Assembly: GCA_030390025.1 (NCBI GenBank)
Contig: CM059432.1
Coordinates: 118,732,001 to 118,796,000, forward strand
Direction of reading: 5' to 3'
Length of the DNA stretch: 64,000 nt
From: Squalus acanthias
Lineage: Eukaryota
The notes below the pieces were generated by a model. It saw only the letters and a list, made by a program, of their open reading frames with translations. It was not told the DNA's origin and made no database searches. The stretch's first letter is position 1; every line of letters starts with the position of its first letter. The position numbers were made by a program, and so were the translations under genes. This document shows positions 35,718 to 48,549 of the stretch, piece after piece.

Positions 35718-38700
35718 TGTAGAGATTTGGCCAATTAGTAGCTTATCTCTAGTCTTTCAAATAATCAGGATCGACTGCAAACCAATATGGTGGGTATATT
35801 GTGTTTAATCAGAGTTTAAGACAGAATATAACATGCTAGTTATACAGCAAAAATATACGACCATGACAAACAGCTGGTACCGGTCCTGATCGGACAGACG
35901 GCTGTCATGCTTGAACAGTTCTCTAGCTTCTGGCCTCTCTCTCTCTCTCTCTAGAACCTCTGATGGTGAGCGTGGGATCACACTCAAAAGAGCGTTCGAC
36001 CTGCCCAACCTCTGCTCGGCTCTCCCCTCCACCGTCTGTGTGGGCAAGCACTCAGGGTGTCACTTTATTCTCTTTTTAGGGATGGGCCTGAGGCCCAGCT
36101 ATTGACAAGACCATTTAACCTAAAGAGGTTCCTCTAAAACCTCATCACCCAATGACACCTCAAGTTCTTTGTCTTGGTTCTTTGTCTTACTGTTTAATCT
36201 TTCTGAAGGTTCTTCCTTTGGAATTCATGTCTCATCTCTCTTGACTCTATCCTCCTTGACCCAGCAAGTACAAGGCCCGACCCTGTCCCTGTAAATCATG
36301 GCCCCAGCCAGAGCTGACCAGTCACCATCTCACCTTCCTCTAGCAAATGGCCCATTCTAAGATGGATACCTTAGCCTTCTCAAATTCCTTTCATTCTATG
36401 TCTTTTCCTAATTAACTTTTCATTATCTTTGCAAGAAGTTCTGCTAAACAATCTCCAAATTCTATCTGTAGAGATTATAATATGGTTATTAGTAATAATG
36501 GAAGAAACATAGGTTGGGCCTTCACTGGCCAAATTAAAGATACATTAATAAAGTCTAAACCCTGACTTACAAACAACAGATAACTAGCCTGGCAGGGCCA
36601 TCCTACGGGCCTCAGTGTGGAATGTTTATGTCTCACCTAATCTAACTGGTTAAAAAGACTGTGTCAAAGACAGGCCGGAAGGAAGAGGAGGTGAGGTGGC
36701 TATGTTAATAAAGGAAGGAATCACTGTATTACAGAGAAATGATATTGGGTCAAAGGATCAGGATAATGAAACAGTTTGGGTGGAGATAAGGAATAATAAG
36801 GGGAAAAAACACTAGTGGGAGTAGTATATAGGCCTCCTAATAGTTGCAACTCTGCTGCAAGAAGTATTAATCAGGAAATAGTTGGGGCATGTAATAAGGG
36901 AACAGCTATAATTATGGGGGATTTTAACTATCATATTAACTGGACAAATCAAATTGGGCAGGGCAGCCTTGAGGAAGAGTTTATTGAGTGTATTAGGGAT
37001 GGATTTCTTGAGCAGTATGTAACTGATCCTACAAGGGGGCAAGCAACCTTGGACCTGGTCCTGTGTAATGAGTCAGGATTAATTAATAATGTCCTAGTTA
37101 AGGATCCCCTTGGAATGAGTGACCATAACATGGTTGAATTCCATATCCAATTAGAGGGTGAGAAGGTTGGTTCTCAAACAAGCGTACTGAGCTTGAATAA
37201 AGGAGACTATGATGGTATGAGAGCGGAATTGATTAAAGTGGACTGGGAAAATAGATTAAAGGGTAAGACAGTACATGAGCAGTGGTGTTCATTTAAGGAG
37301 TTATTTTACAACTTTCAAAAAATATATATTCCACTGAGGAAAAAAGGGTGTAAAAGAAATGACAGCCATCCATGGCTAAGTAAAGAAATTAAGGATAGTA
37401 TCCAACTAAAAACAAGGACATATAAGGTAGCCAAAGTTAGTGGGAGGATAGAAGATTGGGAAGTCTTCAAAAGACAGCAAAAAGTAACTAAAGGATTGAT
37501 TAAGAAAGGGAAGATAGATTATGAAAATAAATTAGCAAAAAATATAAAAACAGATAGCAAGAGTTTCTATAGTTATATAAAAATAAAAAGGGTGGCTAAG
37601 GCAAACGTAGGTCCCTTAGAGAATGAGACCGGGAAATTAATGGTGAGAAACATGGAGATGGCAAAAATGCTGAACAAATATTTTGTTTCAGTCTTTACGG
37701 TAGAGGACACTAAGAATATCCCAACACTGGACAAACAGTGGGCTCTAGGGGGGGAGGAGCTAAATACGATTAAAATCACTAAGGAATTGGTACTCAGTAA
37801 AATAATGGGACTCAAGGCGGATAAATCCCCTGGGCCTGATGGCTTACATCCTAGGGTCTTGAGGGAAGTGGCAGTAGGGATTGTGGATGCTTTGGTAATA
37901 ATTTTCCAAAATTCCCTGGACTCAGCAAAGGTCCCGGCAGATTAGAAAACTGCGAATGTAACACCCTTATTTAAAAAGGGTAGTAGGCAGAAGGCTGGAA
38001 ATTATAGACCAGTTAGCCTAACATCTGTGGTGGGTAAAATTTTGGAGTCTATTATTAAGGAGACAGTAACGGGACATTTAGATAAACATAATTTAACAGG
38101 ACAAAGTCAGCATGGCTTTATGAAGGGGAAGTCATGTCTGACAAATTTGCTTGAGTTCTTTGAGGACATAACGTACAGGGTGGATAAAGGGGAACCAGTG
38201 GACGTAGTGTATTTAGACTTCCAGAAGGCATTCGACAAGGTGCCACATAAAAGATTATTGCTCAAGATAAAAAATCACTGGATTGGGGGGAATATTCTGG
38301 CATGGGTGGAGGATTGGTTATCTAACAGGAAGCAGAGAGTTGGGATAAATGGTTCATTCTCGGACTGGCAACCAGTAGCCAGTGGTGTTCCGCAAGGGTC
38401 GGTGCTGGGTCCCCAACTCTTTACAATCTATATTAATGATTTAGAGGAGGGGAGGGAAAGTAGAAAGTGAGGAGGACATAAAAAACCTACAAGGGGATAT
38501 AGACAGGCTGGGTGAGTGGGCGGAGATTTGGCAGATGCAATACAATATTGGAAAATGTAAGGTTATGCACTTTGGCAAGAAAAATCAGAGAGCAAGTTAT
38601 TATCTTAATGGCGAGAAACTGGAAAGTACTGCAGTACAAAGGGATCTGGGGGTCCTAGTGCAAGAAAATCAAAAAGTTGGTATGCAGGTGCAGCCGGTGA

Positions 38701-39603
38701 TCAAGAAGGCCAATGGAATGTTGGCTTTTATTGCTAGGGAGATAGATTATAAAAACAGGGAGGTATTGCTGCAGTTATATAAGGTATTGGTGAGACCGCA
38801 TCTGGAATACTGCATACAGTTTTGGTGTCCATACTTAAGAAAAGACATACTTGCTCTCGAGGCAGTACAAAGAAGGTTCACTCGGTTAATCTCCGGGATG
38901 AGGGGGTGGACATATGAGGAGAGGTTGAGTAGATTGGGACTCTACTCATTGGAGTTCAGAAGAGTGAGAGGCGATCTTATTGAAACATATAAGATTGTGA
39001 AGGGGCTTGATCGGGTGGATGCGGTGAGGATGTTCCCAAGGATGGGTGAAACTAGAACTAGGGGGCATAATCTTAGAATAAGGGGCTGCTCTTTCAAAAC
39101 TGAGATGAGGAGAAACTTCTTCACTCAGAGCGTAGTAGGTCTGTGGAATTTGCTGCCCCAGGAAGCTGTGGAAGCTACATCATTAAATAAATTTAAAACA
39201 GAAATAGACAGTTTCCTAGAAGTAAAGGGAATTAGGGGTTACGGGGAGCGGGCAGGAAATTGGACATGAGGCTGAGTTCGGATCGGTCAAGGCCCTGTGG
39301 GTGGCGGAGCGGGCCCAGGGGCTGAGTGGCCGAGTCCTGCTCCTACTTCTTGTGTTCTTTAGATTTGAGGTGAGGATCAGATCAGCCATGATCTTATTGA
39401 ATGGCGGAGCAGGCTCGAAGGGCCGATTGGCCTACTCCTGCTCCTATTTCTTATGTTCTTATGTTAAATTTGAATGCAAGTTTTCCATGAAAACAAATCT
39501 TAATCAATCTCCTTACTTGTCTCAAGTCGAAACATACAATCATTTAAACACAGTATTATTCGTGTAGTCATATACATTTTTAGGCACCTGTTAGTTTCTA
39601 ACA
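35718..39603 (-). repeat. Inner provirus 5' LTR (interrupted by CR1 36669-39465)
   Basis: TGTAGAGA...CTAACA on the + strand; matches 22568-24421. Confidence 0.92.
36669..39465 (+). mobile_element. 5'-truncated CR1 LINE (ORF2 with stops and a deletion)
   Basis: ORFs 36815-37945, 38027-38470 and 38535-39269 carry APE/RT motifs; TTCTTATG tail. Confidence 0.93.
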
Positions 39604-41705
39604 CCTCGACGGGTCCATGGTGGGTGATGTTGGTGGCGGGTCCCGACTCTGCTGCTGCCTCCATATTGGCCTTTGAACTGAATTTCCCTTGATTGGGCTT
39701 GTAAAGCCTGCCCAGCGCGTTTGCCGGCCAATTAGAGGAAGCGGGTCTGGTGACGTCATTTGATAATGCATCATCAGCCAGTTTCCTTAAAGGGACCATG
39801 GTCAACTTTATTTTGACATTTGTGCTGTCAGTGTTCTACAGCATTGAGGTGCTGCAAACACTGACAATCACTGCACCAAGGTGCACGGCTGCACCCAGGC
39901 TGCTCCATGACTCCCTCCATATGCTTATGGAGGGAGTCACAGCACACAGGGAGGTCCTCTTCCCTACCCATGGGTGGAAGAGACCTCCCCAGGAGATCAA
40001 CACAGCCTGGTTGCACATTGCACAGGAGGGCTGGTCTAGAGGACTTGGGTGCAGTGCCGCAACTGTTTCAATGATCTCAGTAGATCACAAAACGTTAGTA
40101 CAAAGCCACACTCAACCTCATCCTGCTGTGCCTCTCCTCACATCCCCATCACTCTGCCTTCCCTACCCAATGCCTGCACATCTTTACTCATAATACTTAC
40201 CTTGCACCTCCACCCCTTCCTCTCTATCTATATTATCACATCCCCATCTCACTAGCCACCCCTCATACTCACTCTCATCCTCGTGCAATCATACCAACTA
40301 ACCACACACAAGGGTAGCACTTGGGTATTTTATGCAATGTTCATGTAAAGTTTCTGTTAATGTGGTGTCAAACAATGAAACCTTTATTTTCAACAAATTT
40401 TGTTTTCGGACAGATTTGCGTGCACCTTTGGAAGTGGCTTAGTGAGTTGCAGTGAATGGTGAGACATAATGTTACACCCTGCAATGGTCATGAGTGTTAA
40501 ATGAATGGCTTGGGCATTGTTGGGATCTTTATGGTGTTGTTGTGGGGTGGTACCAACCTGGCATATCATGTGGCAGCCAGGGTGTACAGCATCAAGTGAA
40601 GTAAATCTGGCCATTGTGAGGCCATCTCTGGTCTCCCGGGCAGCAATGTGCTTGGGCGCTGATATCCTGTGTCCTGTGTAACATCAGTTGATTGCGGAGA
40701 AGGTTGGTGTTGTTGTTGGTGCTGCTGGTGTGCCTGGTGCTGCTGGTTTTGGGGCTGATCGTGGTGAGATTCTGAGGACCAGGTTGAGAGAGTTCCATGC
40801 TGATGGAATAGATGGCAGGTGAAGTAGAGATGACAGAAGCGCTCTGTCAATGGTGGGAGAGGTAATGAGGTCAGATTGGGTGGAAACTTGTGTAAAGACT
40901 TGCAGCATCCTGAATCTGCAGTGGAAATGCAGTTTTGAGAAGCTAATGGTTAAGAGAACATTTCTCAATCAACTGGGAGCTTTGACTTGACACTTGAAGC
41001 TGTCAACTCATCAGCTGATTCAATGGCAAGTGACCTCCCGCCTCAGCTTCACAGACAAGGTCTAGGCACAGCGGGAAACCGGTGGTCGACCTGTAAAAAT
41101 CCAAAGAGCTGGGATAAAACCATTGATAAGTGGCTGTAAACAAGCCACTAATGATTTTAATTGCCTCCCCCGCCGCTGCATGTCAGGTCTGCTCAGCGCT
41201 GACAGACCCGACATTTGGTAAAGGCATATGGTGGGTTTCTTTCCCCAGTGGGTCCCGACCCACTGGGGAAAGAAACCACTTCCCAACCCAACCCGCCACC
41301 AATCGCGCCCGCTGATCCCCCACAAAATCCAGCCCATACATATCGTCAATATGATTGGGTAGGTTGGGGGAGGGAGTATGGGAGAAAACGAGATTGGACG
41401 AATTCTGCTGCAAGTTCCTGTTTATTGGGTATAACCAGGGGGCTTGAGACCACTCTCAGTGTAGAAGGCCCAACAGTGAGTACCTGGAGGGTGAACGAGA
41501 ACGAATTGTAGAGCGAACTTGAACAGGAGTCACAACTTCTACCCAAGGAACACTGGGGTAATATAATTCTCAACTGTACCTTGTAAACTGCTGCTCAAAT
41601 ACTGTAATATATTAAGTCTTACTTATAATCAAATAAAACCCACCACTGTTACCAATACGACGTCAGCTTCGGACAATTGGAAAGAGTCCAAGAGGGCTAT
41701 AAAAG

Positions 41706-41724
41706 TGGCGAGCCAAGGCAGGAA
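41706..41724 (+). other. Primer binding site of outer element, tRNA-Arg-like
   Basis: TGGCGAGCCAAGGCAGGA directly after the LTR; resembles the complement of the tRNA-Arg(ACG) 3' end as I recall it (TGGCGAGCCAGCCAGGAG). Confidence 0.7.
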
Positions 41725-41834
41725 CTAAAAGTTTTTTGTGGCACATTTGGTGTAAGTAGGGTCATAGGGCTGATGTGACTGATCACCTAGTTGGTTCAGG
41801 AAGGGAACCTTCGTAGTGTAGGATATTGCGCCCT

Positions 41835-42051
41835 ACCAATACTTATCCCTCAAACAACATCACTAAAACAGATTATCTGGTCATTATCACATTGCTGTTT
41901 GCGGGACCTTGCTGTGCGCAAATTGGCTGCTGCGTTTCCCACATTACAACAGTGACTACACTTCAAAAGTACTTCATTGGCTGTAAAGAGCTTTGAGACG
42001 TCCGGTGGATGTGAAAGGTGCTATATAAATGCAAGTCTTTCTTTTCTTTTT
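41835..42051 (+). mobile_element. Deu-type SINE 3' portion
   Basis: CAGATTATCTGGTCATTATCACATTGCTGTTTG...GGTGCTATATAAATGCAAGT; homologous to 57340-57500. Confidence 0.8.
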
Positions 42052-42892
42052 ACCAGTAGTATAAGTGACAGTTCATTAATGATGGTGAACTCAAGCGATG
42101 TTGAGAAGGACCGAGATAAAAAGTTTGAGACAGGTTTAGTGTTGTTTTTGATCAGTCTAGAAGGGGATTCGTATCAAAAGGCAACAGAAAAGAAGTTGAA
42201 ACCAGCACTGAAGCTGATGGTGTATGCTGCACGCTGCTGTGCCGAGAAAAATGAAACACAAGTCGACGAATGACTGAGTGAAAGGAAACTTAAAGGCTGC
42301 TGGAATTTCAGTTTGTGTGAAAGTGTGTGTGAATGTTTAAGAAGTTACAGCATTTCTTTTGATTGAAAGACTCTCTTTTAAAAATAAAAGTGTTTGTGTT
42401 ATGTTTTGTTTCCGGTGATTTTGCCACCCTCTGTTTTGTTCATAGAGCTAAAAGCTGTTTAACCCTCTGCAGTCTTGTCTTGGGTGTTGGAGGCATTTTA
42501 AGCATTTTAACCAAAGTCTTTACTGCAAGCGTATGCTGTTTTAAATTTGTTAATTATCTTCTCTATGTATATATAAACATGTGTATTATTTTTGAGATAC
42601 TTGAGTCATGTTTTTGGTTTTGAACTGGTTGAAACTGTATGAATATTCCTTGGGCTCGCCACCTGGGAATATCACCTAAAATTTGGCACTTTGAGTTCAT
42701 AACCTATTACAGGGATCAATATTTCTAAGTTGCATGAAAGTATGAAAGTGTGAATATGGTTGTTGAGTATGTTCATTTCAATTTAAGACTGTGCACCCAG
42801 AATTGGGGAAAACTTTGAATTACATTTTATGTTAAAGACACTGGTGTGGATTTATTTTGAAAACGCTCACTTGTGCAACTGTGAGAAGCAAT

Positions 42893-43679
42893 GGGCTGGA
42901 TTTTGCCAGGTCCCACCCGCAAGGTGCGGGGGGGACCTGGGAGGTGGCAGGAAACCCGGATGGTCGGGTTTCCCAGCATGCTGTGCAGTTTTAACTCCAC
43001 AGCGTGCGTGCAACGTCAGGGGTGGGATCCCCGCCCGGAAGTCAGCCTGATTGACAGGCTGGCTTCCTGTCGTGCCGGGAACTCGGAGAAGGAGGCCGCA
43101 GCAACAGGTAAGTGCTGGGCCCAGGATGGTGGGGGTGGGGCGGCGGGGGTGGGGAGGGGCATCCCCCGGAGGGGTTGGTCTGATCCCCCGCGGTGGGGGG
43201 GGGGACCGATCAGAGTCGCGATGCCTGGCGGGGGGTCTGATCCCTGATCCCAGGGCCGAATTGCGATCCTAGCGGGTGGGGGGAGGGGTGTTCCAGGGGA
43301 GTGCCAGGCTGCTGGTGGGAGAGCTTGCGGGGCTGGGAGGAAGCACTCCTGCTCCTCCTGGCTCACACGGATTGCTCCCCAGGACTTAGCCCGCCTCGTT
43401 GCAGCCATCCGGAATCCTGAGCCCCGGGGTTCCCGGCTGCCTGCAATAAAACCTGCAAAGCAGGTTAAAGTAGAGGCTTCAGGCCTCATTATAATATGTA
43501 AATTGCCAACCCGTCTCCTGGCAGCGAGTTGACTGCGCGCTCCCTCCCCCCATCCATCCTGAGTTAAAGGTGAAAGTGGGCGGGTTGGGGGCGAGTTGGG
43601 GGTCAGGGTTCACATTTTTTCAACTTTCACACCCCCCCCCTCACCTCCAACCCACCTCTTAGCTCAGAAAATTCCAGCC
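42893..43679. mobile_element. GC-rich Harbinger-type MITE (family of 20741-21529)
   Basis: TIRs GGGCTGGATTTT / AAAATTCCAGCC; shared internal blocks. Confidence 0.87.
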
Positions 43680-46385
43680 AGTGTGTTTGATCAATATGAA
43701 CTTTTCAAAGCACTTTGTTTTAATTGGATTACAGCTAAAAATTGCTTTATGCAGTTTAAATTAAAGACCCGTGGTCTTGTTTCAAATCAGTTTGGACCAT
43801 TAAAAAGCTCTGTTTTCTTAATTTGGTTACTCCAAGTCCAAGACCAGCTATTGTGGGATTGAGTCCTCCCCCACCCTCTAAGGTTTTGACAAGCAAGTAC
43901 TAAATGGAAATTGTAAATTGGATCGAGAGAAAAAGCACTAAATTAATCTACGATGGAATACAGAAGGTGAAAGGGGAAAGATTCTGTCCCTTTTCTACTG
44001 TCAGAAGTTGCAGGAGTTCTTCTGTTTTCAACCGATGTCTCTTTAAAAAGCCTGTGTGAATGTTTCAGAGCCCACAAGCTGTGGGAAGCTCCACCACGAA
44101 CCCTCTTGTGTAAGAATGGTGAAGGTTTTGTTTATCTGTGAAAAAAACTAACTTTTTCTTCAGTTATATTCAGTATTTTTACAGTCATTTAGAAAGCCAC
44201 CTGATGAAAGAATAAACAGAAAGATGACGTAAGCACGCACTATTTGGATTATTTTATCTGTTCTGTTAATTTTCTTTAGTTAATAAAATATTGGTCTGAA
44301 TTAAATTGGAATTTCTGAGGTTAACTAACCTACTAAATCGTGAAAAGTTGACTTTTATTGTGGCCACAGTGAAATTCTGGTTGTTGTAATTTGCATGAGA
44401 CTTCCACATAAATAATTGGCATTTTTGAATTTCTGACCTATGACAAGGACTCAATGACTTGAGGTGATTTTGACTCTTTAATCATCTTGGTGGTACTGGA
44501 ATGTATGACCGGGAGGGGGGCGGGGGGAAAGGGAATGCTACTGCTATCTCGGATAACAATCTGGAGACATCTTATAGTTGGATTGTACTGCAGAATTGTT
44601 TTGCAGAATGTTTAAAGTGGTATAGTGGCGTTGCTAATGATTTCTACTGCTTTTAACTGATTTTTTATTCCTGGGGATGAATAAAAATGTGGTAACATAT
44701 ATGTGCCTTCATAGCTCATGTTTTGAACATTGGAAGTAAGAGGGACGGTGAAATTATTTCTGAATTGAATTTATTGGAAGTAAAAGAGAAGCTGAAATTT
44801 ATTTTGGAATTTACTAGTATCAGGATGTTTGTGCAAGTTTAAAAGGCACAAAGACTGTGCAAAAGTAATCGAATGGCAAAGGATGCAACTACATGGCACG
44901 GGTCAGGGACTTCAGTGAGGAGCAGAGAAGAAAATATCCTGTTCTTTCGAAGGGAGCTGGCGTCATTTAGTCCAGCAAGAGATGGGCTATCACTAGTTAG
45001 TAATTTGGAATTAATGAAACATAGTATACAAAAAACTAGTTTAATAATCTGTAGTCGATGGGTTTATTTCCACTACTTTTTGGTGCAGCACTAGTACCTC
45101 TGTCAGTGAATCGAGTTTTATTTGGCGAAAATTTTTAAATTTACTTGAAAGCTGTGAGAAGCTATGTGACACAAACTGACATTGATTGATGATGTCTGGG
45201 TTTGTCTTCTTTTGAAATGCAAAGAAAGAAGTTAACTCTTTCCATAAGCAACTGTTTTTTTGTGTTCTAGTATCAGATGAACTCTGTTTTTAATTCACTA
45301 AGCAACAACTTTTGCATTGCTGAATGTAAACATTTTGGGCATTATTAAATTTTAAGTTTCTTAATTTGAGTGGATGTCTCTCCATGGTGACAGAAGGAAA
45401 TCATGAATTGACAAATTAACCCCTTGGGCTCTCGAGTAGAGCCACGATGGATTCTCTTTTTCTCTTTTGTTTTAAACAGCCAGCCATGGTTTACCAGACC
45501 ACATGGATGTTGATGGCGTAGCAAGAGATCCAGCAGTTTTAAGAATTTAAGAACTCATCTGCAGATATCTGCAGACATCCAATATCACAGCACGGTGATG
45601 ATTTGTTGTTAAGATTTGAATAAGATTGGACTTAACCCATTCAGGATCATTGGAATCTTCCAAGACAAAATGCTCGACAGGGAGGTGATGTGGAAGTTAC
45701 CTCCAAGCTAATTGCAAGCACTGCTGTCTCTAATGTAAAAACACCATGTAAAACCACCAAGCCTGGGCATCACTTGTTTCTGAAATTAGAATTGATAAAG
45801 AAAAATTGATTGGAGTTGCATTTCCAAGCACTCAAGAAGAGAAAATTTACCTGAAGAAAGAGAATGATCAAATTTTCATTAAAAGATAAGAGAGGAGTGC
45901 AGTCTAGGTGGTTCCTGTATATCAAGCAAGAAGGTTTTGGGGAAACAAAATTGAATGTTGACAAGACCTGTCAGTCCAACAATACTGCTCTTTGGATTTG
46001 GGATGATTTTGAATAGATAAAAATGGACTTAGGCACAATATATCGGGTTATTTTGGGAAATAAAAGATCCTCTTAAATAAACAAAAATAATGGCCAGAAT
46101 TTCCCCTACCGAGTTGGGTTGGGTGCGTGCAGGCTGCGTGCCGGGTTGATACCATGATATATTGATCAGCCCGCTCCTCAGAGCGACTTTAGCGTAATGG
46201 CCCCTGTTAAGGCAGACATGCATGTTTCCCGGCCCTATTAAATGGTGCGGGTTTGATGACGTCATCGATGACTCATTACCAGCAGGGATATTTAAAGCAG
46301 CCTTGGCGACATCACATTTGAAGGTTGATGTAGGAGTGTGGAGGGACTATTGGAGAGGAGTGGGTTGTTGCTGACAAATAGAAAC

Positions 46386-48244
46386 ATGAGTTCACAAAGA
46401 CAGAGGGCTGCACCCCGCTTTTCCGATGAATCCCTCCATATTCTTGTGGAGGGAATCAGAGCACGCAGGGAGGTCCTCTTCCCTGCTGATGGGTGTGAGA
46501 GACCTCCCCAAGAGACCAATAGAGCAAGGCTCCAAATTGTTGAAGAGGTCAGCAGCAGGGATGTGGTCAGGAGGACCTGGATACAGTGCTGGAAGAGATT
46601 CAATGATCTGATGAGATCAGGAAAGGTGAGTGCAAAGCCACACTCATCCTCATCCTGAAGTGCCTCTCATCACATTCCCATCACTCTGCCTTCCCAAGTC
46701 TACTCCTGCACATACTTACTCACACCAACATACCTTGCACATCCATCCATCCCTCTCTCTCTATCTACATTATCACATCCCCATCTGACTAGCCACCCCT
46801 CACACTCACCCTCATCCTAATGTAATCATACCAAGAAACACCACAGAAAGAGGCCATTTGGCATTGGTACCACACTCCCTCATAGTCACCCTCTACAGAT
46901 GTAACCCACACATTCCTTACACTCATTCCATCACTCTCACTCAAACTTCTCTTCTTTCCTTCTTGCAGGAGAAGAGAACCCACAACAATGGGGAGAGGGA
47001 GAGAACCGGAGGTGGCCCTCCATTCTGCAGTACTTTAACTGCAGCAGAGGAGGTGGCCCTGGAGGTCTCAAGAGTTGCAGAGCTGCTGGTGGTGGGAGAT
47101 GGAGAGAGGGGGACTTCTCAGCAACCTGGTGACAGAATTACATCTCATACAGCTAAATGAAATACAGCAGTCACTCATATGGTGACTGATGTCAGCAACC
47201 AGTGAATGTTCATCATGTGCATAATGGTAACGTTACTCATTCTTAAAATAACATTTCTAAATCATCTCTTTACTCTCCCACAGGTCCATCAAGTGCCCCC
47301 CACCACCCCCTCAACCACTGTCTAGTCAGAGGAGGAAGACAGCTCCTCAGAGGAACTTCCAGCCTCTAAGGGTGCACTGTCAGCCGACCCAAGCGCACCC
47401 AGCACCAGCGCAGATACACACACCTCGGTGGGTCCTATGCGAGACAGAGTAGTGTTGTCACCTGGTGTCTCACACTTCACAAGTGAGCAAGAGCAGATGG
47501 TGGAGACAGGGACAGCAGTGGAGACTCCTCGCTGGAGAGTGCAGGGCACTCCAAGCTCTGCTCAGCTGCATGCAGTCGCTGAGCCTTGGGGGCCATCGAG
47601 AAAGAGGGTGATCCTGGAGGCTCTGGCAGGTTTTGCAGCCGCGATATCTGCAAATGTGCAGAGAATGGAGGAGTCCATCTCCAACATGAGCACCACCGTG
47701 TCGCAGGTGATGGCGACGCTGTGCTCTTCCATAGAAATGATGGCCACCTGCATGGAGCAGCTAATGTGCCACTCACAGGGGCACATGCTATCTTTGGACA
47801 ACAGATGGCAGAGGCTCATAGACCTCCACTCTAGGAGGGATCTAAATGTAGACGTGGGTCCTCATGGCCCCACTGCTGTGCAGCAAGATGCTCTCCAGAT
47901 CCTTGCTAGCAGGGAAGTGCGGGTGACCCATGAGAGGAATGATGGTGAGAGGGGACATAGAAGTGGGGGCTCCTCTCAAAGCATTCACACTTCTCCCCTG
48001 TTGCCCCGCTCAGTCAGAGCTGCAGATGCCTCCTCAGATTGCGATGGCCGAGTCTGCTCCTGTACAGTCTCAGGAGGAACAGACTTTGGAGGGGCCCTCA
48101 CAGGCTCCAAATCGCAGAGGTCGTCCGCTAACAGTTTCAAAGCATTCGCAGCAGGGAAGTGAGCAGCCTGCCTTTACCTCTGCTAAAGCCACAGGGGGTG
48201 CACCTCATAGAAGCACGCGTAAAAGAAAATTTACACCAAAGTAG
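46386..48244 (+). pseudogene. Harbinger Myb/SANT-like DNA-binding protein, 3 exons (46386-46625, 46969-47128, 47284-48244)
   Basis: RAAPRFSDESLHILVEGI..RRTWIQCWKRFNDLMRSGK | EKRTHN..RERTGGGP; GT-AG introns; frameshifts in exon 3. Confidence 0.85.
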
Positions 48245-48549
48245 ATACACAAGGGTGTTTAAATAAGTGATATTGTTAAGGTTCCGTTACTGTTAACACA
48301 TATATAAAAGTATTTATTTTCACCACTTTCTAGTCATGCCTATTTTTGTTTGATGCTTTTGAAGTGGCTTTCGTTAGTTGAAGTGAATGGTGAGACATAA
48401 CATAACCTCCAGCAATGGGGGTCAGTGTGAAAGGAATGGATTGGTCATTGTAGCGATGCTTTATGGTGTTGTTGGGGGCGGGGGGGGGGGGAAACTTGGC
48501 ACAGCATGTGGCAGCCATATGGGTGCAATGCAGGAAGTTAAGTAAATCT

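Larger units (their letters stand above)
22568..39603 (-). mobile_element. Inner provirus: lokiretrovirus-like endogenous LTR element (pol plus env, decayed)
   Basis: Paired LTRs, CCTC TSD (22564-22567 and 39604-39607), PBS, PPT, pol and env remnants. Confidence 0.9.
22547..41335 (+). mobile_element. Non-autonomous Harbinger derivative (22547-22567 plus 39604-41335) split by the inner provirus
   Basis: GGCCGCGATTTTACGAACCTC|GACGGGTCC rejoins to match the left end at 52285. Right end CAAAATCCAGCCC. Myb exon 1 remnant at 39860-40095. Same family as 12826-14576. Confidence 0.85.
21988..41703 (+). repeat. Outer element 5' LTR in two pieces (21988-22546 and 41336-41703)
   Basis: Collinear with 53944-57237 once the insertions are removed. 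Confidence 0.85.

Noticed and set aside
45880..45900. KDKRG as furin site of the outer env
   Set aside because: Not followed by a convincing hydrophobic fusion peptide; too decayed to call.
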